From: Squalus acanthias
Taxonomy: Eukaryota
Assembly (NCBI GenBank): GCA_030390025.1
Contig: CM059434.1
Coordinates: 111,042,001-111,106,000, forward strand
Length of the DNA stretch: 64,000 bases
Reading direction: 5' to 3'
Under the pieces are notes generated by a model. It saw nothing but the letters and a program-made list of their open reading frames with translations. It did no database searches and was not told the DNA's origin. This document shows positions 24,901 to 39,900 of this stretch, piece after piece. Within the stretch, counting starts at the first letter, position 1, and each line of letters opens with the position of its first letter. The translations under genes were made by a program, and so were the position numbers.

Positions 24901-27900
24901 CTATAACAGAGATTAGAGGCTCACTCACAAGTGGGCCTGGGGCCTCGTTTCCATAATACCGGTGAGCTGCGCTGCGATGAAGCTCATCGGTCGGGACCTT
25001 CCCAAAATCGGACAAGCCAGCCTGCAGGTAAGTCCTGGGCGGGGTGGGGAGGAGAACGTGAGGGGGGTCATGCAGTATTGCCATAGAGCCAGAAGAGGCA
25101 GGAGTGCTCCCCCTGGCCACATGTTAAAGTAAGTGAAAAAAACAAAAGCCTACTTGTTCTTCAGCAGCCTCCAGCGGTCGCTTTCAAGATGACTGATTAG
25201 GCCGTGGTAGACCCGGAAAAATTGAGTAGTGCATGCTCTGCCCAGTTTGTATCAAATTTGACATCAGCGTCCTAAAACAGGCGTTAGGCCCCTTGACTAT
25301 GCTAATCGGGAGCTGACCGCCTTTTAGGCAGCTGCGCCCGGTACTCGGAAGTCGGCGGCTGCCACTTCCAGGGGAGATCAGGTGCAGGAGATCGCTTCCG
25401 GAAATTGGTCCCCAATGTGAATTTTGCGCCCAAGCAAACAGGCACGCTGAGGACCAATTTCGCTCCAAAGTGTTCTAAACACCCCAAAATTACTGGATTG
25501 AATGAGGTAGGTAGAACGAGGTGGCGGGACGAACATGGGGCATTAATTTCCGAAATTGGGGCTGAGCAAAATAAATTGGGAACCTTTGGCATAGCTGAAT
25601 GCAGAATAATGCTCCCTACATTCTGTTGTAACAACCTACCTCAACACCCTGCTTAAAATTTCCACTCCCCTCACCTTACGACCTCTTTAAGTTATGGTCA
25701 GTCTTGTCATGTCAGCCCCTGCTCGTCAGAAATCAGTTTGAAACTGTCCAAACCCATTTCACACCAAATTATTACAGGCGCCAGGAGAAAAAGCAGACTT
25801 TTATTCTAATGGATCAGCTGGGCTCAATCCCAGCATCTAACGATAAAAGGATAGTGTATCACCCAGCCCGAAAACAGCCTTAAATGAACCCAATAGGCCA
25901 AATACTCTCTTGTTAGACATGACTCAAATGTACTGATATTGTTAGGTGGATATCCATTAAAAGAGTTTTCAATCTGTCACATATCCAGAAGAATGAAATA
26001 TAAATAGTGATTTTATCAACATACTTAGCAACACAACTGGAAAATCACAGCCAATGTAAAGTGCCATGTGAATGACACTGGAAAACAATAAGCCCCTTAA
26101 TTTCAAGCATCCAATTAAATCACACTCAAGAATTAGTCTGAAAGAAAACTAAGAAAAGTGTAACAATGGTTAAGTATGGCTCATGCGTTTATTGGTATGG
26201 CTGCCTGTTTAATGTACCTATTGTAGAGGAAAAGATAGGAAGAGAGAAATTCACTGTGATATTCATAAAGATTATAATTAATGTCTGGGATAGATGAAAT
26301 ATTGTCTGCTTTGTAATCAATGGATGCATGAAATAGTCCTATTTTTGAGGATACAATAACTCATTCAACACAGCATACAATCCTAGCTGAAAAAACCTGT
26401 ACCACCTTTACCCTTTCGAAGAATAGCACCCACCCTTCCTGCTCCTCCTGAAGAGAATCATTGAGGAGAAACACTATGTAACAGCATTCTTGAGAAAATA
26501 AATTACAACTTTATTCTTCATTAAATTAAATTGGTGAACTCTGCTGCTTAATTAATTCATCATCCTTGCCTCTTACTGAAGTAATCTTCCTAACTCTGAG
26601 CAATTACAGTTAGCTCTGTTTGAGAGGGTCACTAAGCCAAACTGTATATGAAGGGAGGTGTCTGTCCTCTTGCCAAAGTAACTTCAGGACATCTGATCTT
26701 GGCTTTATTTGAAGGCGAGGATAATAATGTGAACAGTGAAGGGATAATGCCATTGCATCACCAATTTAGTGCTACTAATTAATGTTTTTAATTTAAACTT
26801 TTAATAAAAAACAAAATTCCAGCTAACAGCGTAGGCAGTAGAAGAAAGATAATGGGAATGTAGCAAATCAGCACCAAATACAGAATGGCACTTTTGAACA
26901 CTGAACTTGACTCGGTAATGCAGGTTCTGTCACTATGTGTCACTCTTCCTTTGTACCAGCAACATTCTATTATTATATCAGCAGGAAATTTACACAGGAA
27001 GGACTTCAAATTCACACTTGCTGTGCAAAGCAACCCGTTTGCTTGCTGCCATTAAATAAGCCGTATCACAGCAAAGCCAAAATTGGGTAAAATTTGGGTC
27101 TTTGTGAACAGATCAAGAATGGTCTAACTCATGTCATGTTAAGTTTGATACTCAATTCAACACTCATGACTAGCACATGGGATCATACTGAAGGTGGACA
27201 GTTTAGCATGTACACAGGACTAAATATTTCAGAAAGTTAAACTCTTGAATAAAGTCGTTGGTGTACAATAGAGCTATTTACATTAAATTTAATTAGATTT
27301 AATCTAATCTAATCAATAAAACATGCGATAGTCGCTTCCACCCTCGCCTTTCTAGCCCTCACGAGACTAATTTCCTCCCTGAAACTCATCTGTTACCTTG
27401 ATTTCCTCCCAAGTGAGCTTTCAAAAACCACTCCTTAGTCCAACTTTCATTAACGTTGTCAATTGCTCTCTTCCCTCCGGCAATCGTTAACCTATTAATA
27501 CTGCTATCATCACCTGCCTTCTTAAAAAGCCTACCCTTGATCCCTTTGTCCTGTCAAACTTACACTTCACCTCCCAGTCCTGTGTAAGGTACTTGCGAAA
27601 GTATCATTGCAACCCAACTCCAAAGCTCTCTGTATGTGTCCCTCCAGTCTGATTTCTACAACAACAACAACAACTTGCATTTATAGCACCCTTAACGTAG
27701 TTAGGAACGATTATCAAACAAAGTTTGACACCGAGCCACAACGGAGATATTAGGGCAGGTGACCAAAAGCTTGGTCAAAGAGGTAGGTTTTAAGGAGCGT
27801 CTTAAAGGAAGAAGGAGAGGTAGAGAAACGCAGAGGTTTAGGGAGGGAGTTCCAGAGCTTAGCGCCTAGGCAGCTGAAGGCACGGCCACCAATGGTGGAG

Positions 27901-30900
27901 TGAAGAACATCAGGGATGCGCAAAAGGCCAGAATTGGAGGAGGTTACAGAGATCTTGGAGGGTTGTAGGGCTGAAGGAGGTTACAGAGATAGGGAGGGAC
28001 GAAGCCATGGATGGATTTGTAAACAAGGATGAGAATTTTAAAACTGAGGCGTTGCCAGATGAGGAGCCAATGTACATCAGCGAGCACAGGGGTGATGGGT
28101 GAATGGTATTCAGTGCGAGTTAGGATAAGGGCAGGAGAGTTTTTGATTAGCTCAAGTTTACGGAGGGTGCAAGGTGGGAGGCAGGCCAGGAGAGCATTGG
28201 AATAGTCAACTCTAGAGGTAACAAAGGCATGGATGAGGGTTTCAGCAGCAGATGAGTTGAGGCAAGGGAGCAGACGGGTGATGTTTCGGAGGTGGAACAC
28301 CAAGACTGTCCTCATCAATCGTTCTCCCATTAATACTGCTATCATCACCTGTCTTCTTAAAAAGCCTATCTTTGACCCCTTTAACATTTTGTGTGACTGT
28401 GCCTCCTTGAACTCTCTGTAGTCTTCAATACAGTCAACAGAGGTACAGCCCTCTCTTGTTTTTATTCTCACCCCCTCTAACACACCCAAACCCTCTCCTC
28501 CCAGGCCCATATCCTTATCCTGATGTATTCCAAGACTCCATTCTTTGCCTCATCCTATTCCTTATCTTGGGAGCATCATCTGTGAACATGGGGCTACGTT
28601 CCATATATATGCTGATAACACCCAACTCTATCTCCGCCCTTGATTCCATAACTGTTGCCATGCTGTTTGACTGCCTGTCTCTCAAGTCCTGGTTGCCAAA
28701 TGTCATTCACTTCAACATCAGCCAAACAGATGCCACCTTGTTTTGCTTATGGCAGAATCTTTGCATCTCAAGTGCCAATTCCATCTTCCTCCAGGGATGC
28801 TCATTCAGACTAAACATGCAGGTGCACAACCTTGTTACCCTATGTTGAGTTGAGCTTCAAACCCAACATCTAGTGCATTGTCAAAACCACTTACTTCCAC
28901 CACCAATAAAACGTTCTCCACACCTTCATCACCTCAAGCCTCCATTTCTCCAGTGTTTTTCTTGCCAGCCTCCCCATCTTCAGCCTACACAAACTCTAAC
29001 TCATCCAAGACTCTTGCAGCCTTGAACCTACCCCACACAAAATCCCACACATCAATTACCTTCGTCACAGAATCCCCAGCACCGTAATCTGTAAACAGTA
29101 TGGGGGAAAAATTCAGTATCGACCATTTTGGGGCGCTAACATCACCTGCCGCAAACTTTAGCACCCGGCGCTAGCTAATGCCGGCTACCGCGAAATTCAG
29201 TTTTACTGCCCCAAGATGGAGGTGGAGCGCTAAATCAGGGAAGGGCCATTGCTGCATTGCTGTAGGCTCTGCAATATAAAAATTACCTACCTGGACCACC
29301 AAGGCAGCCGCGATCCAGCACAATCAGCCCAGCACTCAAGCAGAGTGCCAGGCTGATCGATCGCGGGCAGGAAACCGTGAAAAAAACACCAACAGGAAAG
29401 GTAAGTTTTTTTTTTACTTACCTCAGCCACCTCGCCTTTAATCATTGCCCCCGAAGCAGCCGGCCACCCCATGCACGCCTCCTGCAGCTGTCGGTGTTTT
29501 TGACCGGCGCTGCTGCAGGGGGTGGAAGTCAATTTCAGGTCCGGGCACTGCGCACAGCGATGACGTCACGACCTCCGGGCGAAGGAGATCGGGGTGCAAC
29601 GCTGTAGCGTCGCTGCAAAACTCCTGCCGAATATGGCAGGAGTCGATGTCAGCGCCCGAACACAAAGCCATTTGTGCCCCGCTAGCGCCCCCCGGGGGAT
29701 GCTAACGAGAAGCGCAAAGGCACCCAATTTCATCCCCTATGTGTTCTGGAGTTTTCAGTCTCCTATTGTGATATGAGAGCAACTCAAACAGATTAAATTA
29801 CAAACGAGAACTTTTCAATTGCCTCAATGAATCCACAGGGTTCTGTAGCTTTTAAGGGGTAATGGCTCCAAGCTTTCCTAGAAAGCTAGTGATAACTCAA
29901 TATGACTACTTCATCCAAGGCAGGTGCATACCTAGTGCAATCCAAACCTTTTGCTTTCTCTTCTCAGTTTGGAATTTAATGCTAAAGAACATTGGAAGAG
30001 CAGGTGTGAAGTGAGAAGCAATAATATCCTATCATCGTTAAAATGTATTCTTGCTTTCCAAAGCTGGGAAAATGCCTTTAAGGCAGCATGGGAAATTAAA
30101 CCAGGTACAAGAACTGGAGCATGCTTCTTACCTGAGAGTCCAGTCATGGTTACAGTAAGGTTGGACATTTCCCAGGTAGAAGCCCAGGGACTGAGTGACA
30201 TCCACAAGATTGGTGAAGTTAAGACTAATGCTGTTGTACAGGACTGACGTCATCGTAATTTCATCAATAGCCCACACGTCCTCATCCGGCCCAGAGTGGT
30301 AAGGCTGCCACCATCGGAACTGGATGCCAAACTGCTGTGCATTCTCCGGGAGCTCCACAGATATAATTCTAAGACCAAAAAAACGGCAGTGTGTGAAAAT
30401 TCTGAAAATTCTGCTAATCATCCTTTCTTATCTACAGTATTTTCAGCAGGTAGCGAATATGATAAAATATAAAGTCAAGCTATGCACACAAATATTGTCC
30501 TGCAGGGAGAAATGATTTAAAAGCAGTGACGTTGGATAAGAAACTACACAGATGTGCAGACAGCACTGTGACAGAACTCAATAAATATTTATTAAAAGGA
30601 CTTTTTGAGATCACACTGTTTCTGGTCTGTAACAAAGGCAAATGTGGTTTCCAACATGAAAATGAACCGAAAGTTTTCTAAGATAAAGCTCATTAAGAAG
30701 ATTGGGGGGGAAATCTTGTAAAAAGTTGTAAAATTATTGACAGATAAGGTGGTCTTTACACGTAAGCTACAGGTCAATGGTCCAGTGGTCCCAGTAATAT
30801 TCACCGCTCAAAGAAACCCAGAGAATGTTGAGAAAAACTAACTTGTCCAGGTGAGTATTTCAGTTATTGAGGTGCGATCACTTCTTACAGAGGCTCAACA

Positions 30901-33900
30901 GGAGACTAGGTGACTTAAACTTGGTTGAAATTTAGTCACACATTTTAAAGCTATTAGGGCAACAGGCTGATGCTGACTGGCTGAGTCAAGAGCATGTGAT
31001 GACTACCACAACAGAAATCCCCTCACTTCCAGCATCAGTAACAAGGGAGCTTAAAAAGAGAACAGCATTAAGGTACCTACAAAGTTTTAAAGCGTTATTG
31101 TTTATTAAGATCAAGGAAAGAGTCAGCACTTACACAAACCTTAGTATAAAAATAATGATGTTTGGATGCAAATTTGAAGCTGAGAACTATACTGCTGTCG
31201 GCAACATTAACGGAAGAAAACCTAAAGCATTTATTTGATACTTGTTTGTCCAATAGTTTAGCAGAGCATTAATCCAAAAAAATGGAACACCACCTGCATT
31301 TAAATAGTGAACAGAGGAATGTCAGATAAATGCATGAAATCTTTCATTTGCTACTATCACCAACAATAACTTCTTGCCTTAAATATTAAATATAAATAAA
31401 GGATTAGCAGGTCAACAACAAAGCCCTATTCCCAGCCAAAAAAAACTGGATGACATTTCTGTTTGTGCCAGAGTTTAAAAAAAAAGTAAATAAGTAAATA
31501 TTGCCTCCCCTCCTATTTAGTCCACTGTATGGACTGAAGCCACCAGTTTAACCAGGGCCGCCAGCCATCATACTGTATTAGTGAAAGTCATTTATTTTGC
31601 CTCTGCTGCTTTTTCCCAATTGCTAAGACTAGTAATTAGTGCCCCGACTCTAAATTTAGTACTTGGTGTTGAGTCAATACGTTCTTATCCACTCATGTAA
31701 AAGAACAGTGCAAACCTTGCAAAGTACACACCACAAATGAAGAATAATGTCACCTTTTTAACAACTGTCGACATATGGAGCAGCAGGGAGGACATATTAT
31801 CATAGGAAAAAATAATTCTATCTCCATGATTAGCTTCATAAATCAACGATACCGTTCCCACCCAGCTCTGCACCTGCCAGGATCAGCAAGCAACTGGGTT
31901 TCTTGGCAAACTTGCTGGTTGCTGCTACTGCACAGCACAAATGAACTGCCTCGCTAAAAGAGCTTCCAGCAGGCAGAATGCTGAATTCCGTGCCTGCGGT
32001 CCACTCCTTTCAATTGTAATTCTTTTGTACGAGGCTAACTGGTGCCTAGTCAGCAATTTCTATTGGACTACACGGTTATATCAAAGTTTTCTCAGATTAT
32101 ACTTTGAATATAAACTTTAGAAATAGGAAATTAATTTAGAATGAGATAATAGACATCTGAAATATCAGTATGATGTTCTGTCACGTGTAAGAGAATTGAC
32201 AACAACGACAACTTAGTTACAGAAAAATTTAAATAAAATATGAGCAAAACAAAAGATTAAAAAAGATAAGCAGTTGATGTACTCTTGTATTGAAGAATGA
32301 CGCTAGCAGTATTCACTGAGCATTTAAAGTGCTTCTTGTAATATTACTGATGCTACACAGGGACGAGGCCCAAATGACAAGTATAAGAAAGATTGATGGG
32401 ATTCAAAGGTTTCTGGACCAAGTGAGCAGATGGGCTAGGGAAAGGTAGATGGATTTGAAGGTAGATAGATGCAAAGTAATGCATGTTGGAGAGGAAGCAG
32501 AAAATGTGTGCACAATGAAAGCGTGTATTTTACCAAAGGTGGTAAAGGAAAAAAGATTGGGCATGATTATTAGAAGTGCCCTGTCAATATAAAGCGGTTA
32601 CTAACAATGCTAATCAAATACTAGGATGCATTTGAAGGGATTGCGATTATAAGGTAGATTTTCCATGTTTGTGCTCTCGGAGCAGAGCATTGCATGCCAA
32701 GAGCACATATTAGAATATTTATTACAGAGGATAGTGCCTGCCTAGTTTTCTGCCAATAGATAGAAAATCAGGTGGCGATGTTGGTTGAAGGATAAATGTT
32801 GGCCAGGACACAGGGAGAACTCCCCTGCTTTTCCAGGCCATGGGATCTTTTACGTCCACCTGAGAGGGCAAACGATGCCTTGGCTTCATCGGTCATCATC
32901 CGAAAGACAGCACCTCTGAGTGCAGCACTCCCTCAGTACTGCACTGAAGTGTCAGATTAGATTATGTGCTCAAGTCTCTGGAGTGGGACTTGAACCCACG
33001 ACCCTGACAGAGAGGTGAGAGTGCTACCCACTGAGCCATGGCTGACATCTAGAGTAGTGGATATGTGGAACAGATTCTCAGAAAAGGTTATTCCTGCTGC
33101 ATTGATTAACTTCTTCTTCTTCAAAAAAAACCTGATACCTGTATATATTTAGATGGGAAAGAGTTTGGAGGCTATAGAGATATCTATCGACCACGAAGAC
33201 CAAATACAGTATGTTTACCCACTGTTCAAGATGCTTCAGTGTGTTTGAATAGTGGAGATGTGGGGATGGATAGGAAAGCGTTGCGCCATTAGCTTTGGGA
33301 AATTCTGCAGTATTTGTACAGAACTTTTCCTCATGAGATTAACTAGATGGAATAGAGCCCATGATAGGATAAATCGTACATGGTCTTCATCTTTCCTTAT
33401 TCCATAGTTTCTTATGTCTTTCGATACCATTACATTTTGATCACACTAATTCTTTATAGCCAAACAAAATAGTCACCGTAACAGAAATTATGCCTTCACA
33501 GGAAAATAATTGATTCATATACAACACTGAGGCAGCAAAACACTGATCTTAAGGGGGTTTGACCTAGGCACAGTTGATCTCAAGTGGAAACGAGATTGAT
33601 GTTATGCTATAAAAAATATCCTTTAAGACACCTTTTCTACCTTTTGCTGCAGAAAGCCGGACTAACAAAAACTTAGCAGGCAAGAAAAGGGAGCATCTGT
33701 GGTCCTGCTCTTTCACTCTGTCGGCCGTCTCTCTATTGGCACTAAAGCTATCTCATGCACATGGAGTCACTTCTGCATAAACAGACACAGTGTGGTCATA
33801 TATATATATATATATATAATACCTATCTCAGTTTAAATTCCAAGGAATGGTGTTAACTTCCCAAAATGCCAGAATACTGAGAATTAAATCTATTGCACGT

Positions 33901-36900
33901 TGTATGTATTATCCCATCAGGTTATGTTCTACGTTTCTAATTATTTGAAGAAACCTGGTGTAATAAAAGAAACCGACTGGGAAAACAATATTAAATCTGA
34001 TCACAAAGTCATCAAGAAGGCAGACAGTTATTCAGGGGTTAACTGCAAATCAGGGTAAAGGGATGGACTAAATGATAGCATCATGCTTGGAGTATGTTTT
34101 TTTTTTATTCAGCTGGCAGTGCCGTCACTGGGACAGGTGGCACACACCACAAAAATAGTGCACTCGGCAAAATCACTGGGCCGAGCACAGCTGGGGAACA
34201 GTTCTGAAACCTGGCACAGCTGGCGTTCTCGTCACAATGGGCACTGCGGACAAAGCTCAAGCAGTGGAGATACTTGGCAAAGGCAGAAAGCTGGCCCAGC
34301 AGGCAGCCGCAGCCTGCAAAGATCCTGTCTTGTTTGTCAACTCGAGCTTGTTCCAACTCGTCAATGACAAGTGTGCATAATTAGAACAAAAAATGATCAG
34401 AGTAAGAGGGAGGTGGATAGGAAGCAGGACTTTTTGGGCTATTTTATAAGCCCAAGGTGAGAACTTCAGACATCTGTTAATTCTGAAAGTTGAAAAAGGG
34501 TTACAAGTATCTGAATATTGCGATGCACTGAAGAATTATTTTTAAAATTCAGTGAGATAAAATCCTGTAACCTTGATAAGATGGCTACGCTGGAGTTTGA
34601 GAATTAGCTTTTAGTTCCACTGTAACTATGGTAACAAGTTAATTAATAACAGCTGTTTGAAAAAAAGTGTTGTCATGCTGATCAACATCCGATAGTTATT
34701 GATTATTCTATATTGAAAAAGTAACAGATTGCTATAAGGTTTCTTTTTATAATTTGCTGTACCAGCCGAAGATTGCCAAAGGATTATATAATTTCCCCGT
34801 TCGCCCAGATCACACATTTATCCTCAGTGTGACACTTCATCCGCTAACCATATGAGAACTGACACGCCGAGAGTTTGGAGAGGAAAGAGCTGGAAGTCTT
34901 GCTTTATTTAATGGAGCTTTATTTTAGGCACACAATTCGGTTTGACCCTCCAGTTCATCTGAAGTGCACGTTGATTCCTTCTGTTTGAACATTCTGTTGC
35001 AATGCTGATTAATTTATCTGATGGGTATATTGATTATATATTAACAAGTACTGATTGCTATGAGGTTTCTTTCTGTAATTTGCTGTACCATCTGAAGATT
35101 GCCAAAGGATTACATAATTCCACCCCCTTGATGACATATTTCACCTCAGTGTGACACTATCCACCAATCACAAGCTAAGTCAAGCGAGTGGGACTCAATA
35201 GGACTGAGCTTCCAGCCTACATGCTGAGTCAAATACTTCCATCTCCTGATCTATTCAAGCTGTCCAAGTGATACTAACATTACTTACCATCATAATATTA
35301 ATAGTAATAAACTTAATTATTACTAATTGTAGACAGTTACTAGATGGAAACTGTAGATGACCAGTTATGTGTTAAATAGCGAGATTATTAAAATTGATGG
35401 CTCACTGGGCACAATCACTGCCATGTCTGGCAGCGAGGCAAAGAGACCAAGTTGGCCCCGGGTTCCATTCCTGGTCTGAGCTGATCTCAGCCAGGACAGT
35501 GGCACCGACGCTGCAATTTCCCCTCGGCACCACTGAGCTGCGGAAAGGAAAATCAGCCAGTATCCCCGCTTTTGAATCCTGTCCAGAGTGACCTTGCCAA
35601 AACAAAAGGTTGAAATCGAACTTCCTAAAGTTGTGGGAAGATGTTGTTATTTTCACTTTCTTGCTGTCATTTATAAAGGGGCATCCTCACCAATGAAAGG
35701 ACGCGAGCAAAGCTCTTCAAGAGCTGTTTGTGTTCATGAACAAAATCATCCCTGGCACAATGATGCCGTTGATGCCAACAGTTACATCTCTGTCAGGAAA
35801 CAGAATGTCTTTAAAAAGGTATATTTAAAATAGAACACTTCCCCACAAATGTTGTTGCCTGTTGAATGATTGTGCTTTGTAAATTTCAGCTCGCAGTTGT
35901 CTGCTCTGTAAACACCATTCGGATCCCATAATCTCAAAGTGATAAATGACCATTATCTGGACGATTTATGATCACGGCTATTTATTAGGCTAATGCGGCT
36001 CAGGTCTCTGCAGCTTTGACTGCTACAATTTGTTCTGTCACCTCAAAACAACGCACAGGTTATTTTCCTCAGATAAAATGTTGAAAACATATTAGAATGT
36101 TGCTTTTGCTGGTCTTGTTTCCATACAGTGCATAATCCGAGTTAGTGTCCAGTTCAATCGAATTCGGACTATTTCTGGGAACTTTGTCGAGATTGCAGAG
36201 TTTTAATTCATTGTGTGATCAGATTCAAGGGCATTTTCATGTATTATATAACCATGAAGTCAATAAAACAGTAATTCTAACATTTGGGAAAATGCTAGAG
36301 ATAATTGTACAGAAATTACTCTTTTCTCATGTAAACGAATGACTCTTGCAGAAATCACACTGTGCCAAGCTATTGGTTCCACATGTTGCAGTCTAAGTAG
36401 CAGCGGTAAGAAAGCAGGTGTCCATTCAGGAAAGTCGCGATCGCCATTGATGTCAATGGGGCGGAACTACGGAAATTAACTTACTGAATCAGCGAGGGTA
36501 ACGGCAGAGCAGAATAAATGGCCCAGAAACTTTTGGTGTGGCGGAAGTAATGGTATAAGTCACTTTCACCATAATTTCCTGGAAAATCTGCGCTCCAATA
36601 ATGGCGTATGATGAACATAAGACGTAGGAGCAGGAGTAGGCCATTTGGCCCCTCAAGCCTGCTCTGCCATTCAATAAGATCTTGGCCTCAACTCCACTTC
36701 CCTGCCCGCTCCCCAAACATTGAGTTCAACAATTTCTGATCATAACCACTGCTCTAATTTTTTCGGACAGCAGGTGCTGGTAATGATTCTGCTGTTGCTA
36801 TTGACAGCTCCTCTAGACCCATCTTTTGTTTCTTTACCGCCCCCTTTTGCCTTGCACCATCATCCCTTTTGTCATTTAATCTCTCCTGCCTTCCACCCTA

Positions 36901-39900
36901 TCACAGACCTTCCCTTTTGTTCTTTCCTCCCCACCTTTCCCTGCCCCTGTACCTGCTTAAAACCTGTTACAGCTGTAACATTTTCCAGTTCTGATGAAAG
37001 GTCACCGACCTGAAACGTTAACTCTGTTTCTCTCTCCACAGATAATGCCTGACCTGCTGAGTATTTCCAGTGTTTTCTGTTTATATACACTGTCCACGTG
37101 AACGGATGTATAATTCACACTTGTGATTAATGGCTTTAAGCACATCCATCACATGAGTTTCCATCACCTCTTCAGACTTCCAATTAAAGCTTTCAAGGTG
37201 CTGGTGCTAGAAGATATCATTGAATGATGAAGTTCACGTCAAGGTCCTAATCAGGGTTCCAGTTAAAGACAACTACAACCAAGTCCCTCAACCGTGACTC
37301 ATTTACAGCCATGTGCCCACTCAGGAGGAGGCTATCCAACCCAGCCTTGCATGGAGAGCTGGCAGAGGAATGTTGTATGAACATAACAGGTATTTGTACA
37401 CTAATATCATCAACAATGATGGCTAGGTTCTGATTCTGGCTGAAATTGACAAACTCACCCTCTGGGAGAGTCGAGATTGGGATGTCAACCAATGGATGGT
37501 TCCAGAGTTTGGGTGTGCTAAAGCAACTTGAAAAGTACTCTTCACCTTTTCCAAAATCAAACTTACAGGAGAATCACAGGTAAAATCCCATATAGAACAA
37601 CAAATTAAAAGTAGAAACAATACTAAAAGCTGGCAAACCTTTTCATTCATTAGTATTAAATAACAGAAGTGCTATAACAGTGACATGCACTTTCCTTACC
37701 GTGGTTCATGGTAACTCTGGTAGGAGTAGTGTTGCAGCAAGTTCCATGTGATCCCATTGTCAGCAGAATAGTGCAGTAGAACCCCTTCTCCCGGCTGGTC
37801 TGGGGGCTTGCACGTGCTCAGTACATACTTGCTGCCGAGGCGAAGAGTGAATTGGAGGAACCTGGAGAATAGTAAGACTGTGAGGCAGGACATTTACTAC
37901 CTTAAATAAACCCATCCTTAAAAGCCTGCATTCAAATGTTCAGAAAGTCTAACATTTTTGAACCTTGGATTTTCTTGATTGTGATACAAGTGGGTCCCGG
38001 CAGCTGCAAATAAAGACGTTAGGCCAACATGAGTTCCGAGTTCAATGATTTACTCGGCTATGTAACTCAATGTCGCAGTGGCAAACCACATCTCTCCCAT
38101 CTCAGCACACAAGTATGCTCAACGTGCAATCATACGAGGAGCAGGTTGGGCCTATACTCATTGGAGTTTAGAAGAATGAGAGGTGATCTTATTGAAACAT
38201 ATAAGATTCTGAGGGGGCGCGACAGGGTAGATGTAGAGAGGATGTTTCCCTTTGTGGGGGAATCTAGAACTAGGGGGCATAGTCTCAGAATAAGGGGTCA
38301 CCCATTTAAAACGGAGATGAGGAGGAATTTCTTCTCTCAGAGGGTCGTGAATCTCTGGAATTCTCTACCACAGAGAGCTGTGGAGGCTGGGTCATTGAAC
38401 ATATTTAAGGTGGAAATAGACAGATTTTTGAACGATAAGGGAGTGAAGGGTTATGGGGAGCGGGCAGGAAAGTGGAGTTGAGGCCAAGGCCAGATCAGCC
38501 ATGATTTTATTGAATGGCAGAGCTGGCTCAAGAGGCCAAATGGCCTACTCCTGCTCCTATTTCTTATGTTCTTATCACAGTTCCCAGGGTAGAACTTGAT
38601 GGGATAGTTCTGACCTATCTGATTCTAGCCAGAGCATCTCCAGAAATGGCATCCCTTTCCGCTTCCCACACTGTTACCTCTGGAGTCACCAAGGATCTAA
38701 CCTTGCCCAGCTCGACCTCTCCACCACCTCCTTTGACCCTTCCACTGCCTCTGTGTTGTCAGACTACTTGTCCAACATCCAGTCTTGGATGAGTGAAGAT
38801 TTCCTCCAGTTAAATATTGGGAAGACCAAAGTCTTTGGCTACCACATCCTTGCCATGGATTCCAACCCCTCCCCGGCCACTGCCTAAGGTTGACCCCGAC
38901 TGGTCACAACCTCAGTAATATTCTGCAATGTACCTTACCCTATACCATTTATTATTTCATATATATCCCCTTAACCTTAACTGCTTTCTTTCTAGACTGC
39001 ACAGCTTGAGCTTCTCTAATCTCTTCTCATAGGTCATCCTCTTTTTATTTGGATCAGTATTGCTGCTCTTCGTTGTACCTTCTCCAATACCTGTATATGT
39101 TTTTTATGGCATGATGGTTAGACTTAAACACAGTATTGCAAGCGTGGTATGATCAGTGCATTGTAAGAGCTGAACATAAGCTCCAAATACTTGTACTTAT
39201 CTGTGCTGGTTATATGGGATGGGCGAAAATAGGGATAAAATTGACAACAAAGAGAGAGTTTCTGACAGGTGGGAAGCCATCCTTGCGTCCACTGGTATAG
39301 GTTGTTTCGGACTCGAATATCCGCTCAGGCTAGAGTTAATATTTCAGTTGGGGTCCGTTGGTGCCATTGGATCCCAGTCTGCATATTTAAAGAAGGATTC
39401 TGACAGCTTCAGGTGGGTGACTTTGCCACCAGCTTAAAAGAGCAGGAAATCGATAGGCAAGTCTCCTGGGGTATTTTAACTGCCCACCCACCTGGTTTCC
39501 GTCGGGCAGGTAGGGCTAAAATCGCCCCCCTTTACGTGGTGAAACTCTACCACAGATTCAAACTAGCCTGGACCCTCTGCTGCCTTTGGACTGTAGAATG
39601 GCTAGTCGGGCTCAGATAACGGCAGATAAAAGCCCAATCTGAGTCTTCTGGCCACAGAGCTGCCAATTGAACAACTACAGCTAATCATTGATCCTGCCCC
39701 TTCTCGCAGTTGTCAATCAAAATCACCCCCCCCCCCTCCCCCGCTCCCCCCAACCCCACCCTGGGTGACTTGCTTCTTTGATCTGTGCCAGGTACTTGAC
39801 AAACTTGTTTCAAGATCCTGTTGTTATGTCAGAACAGAAGAAATTAATAAACTGGAGCTTTAAAAAGATACACAGGATATTGACCCTTCGATTGAATTGC

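Noticed and set aside
30245-30252. CRE palindrome TGACGTCA within exon 20
   Set aside because: Explained by the codons for Met-Thr-Ser; no independent support for a regulatory role.
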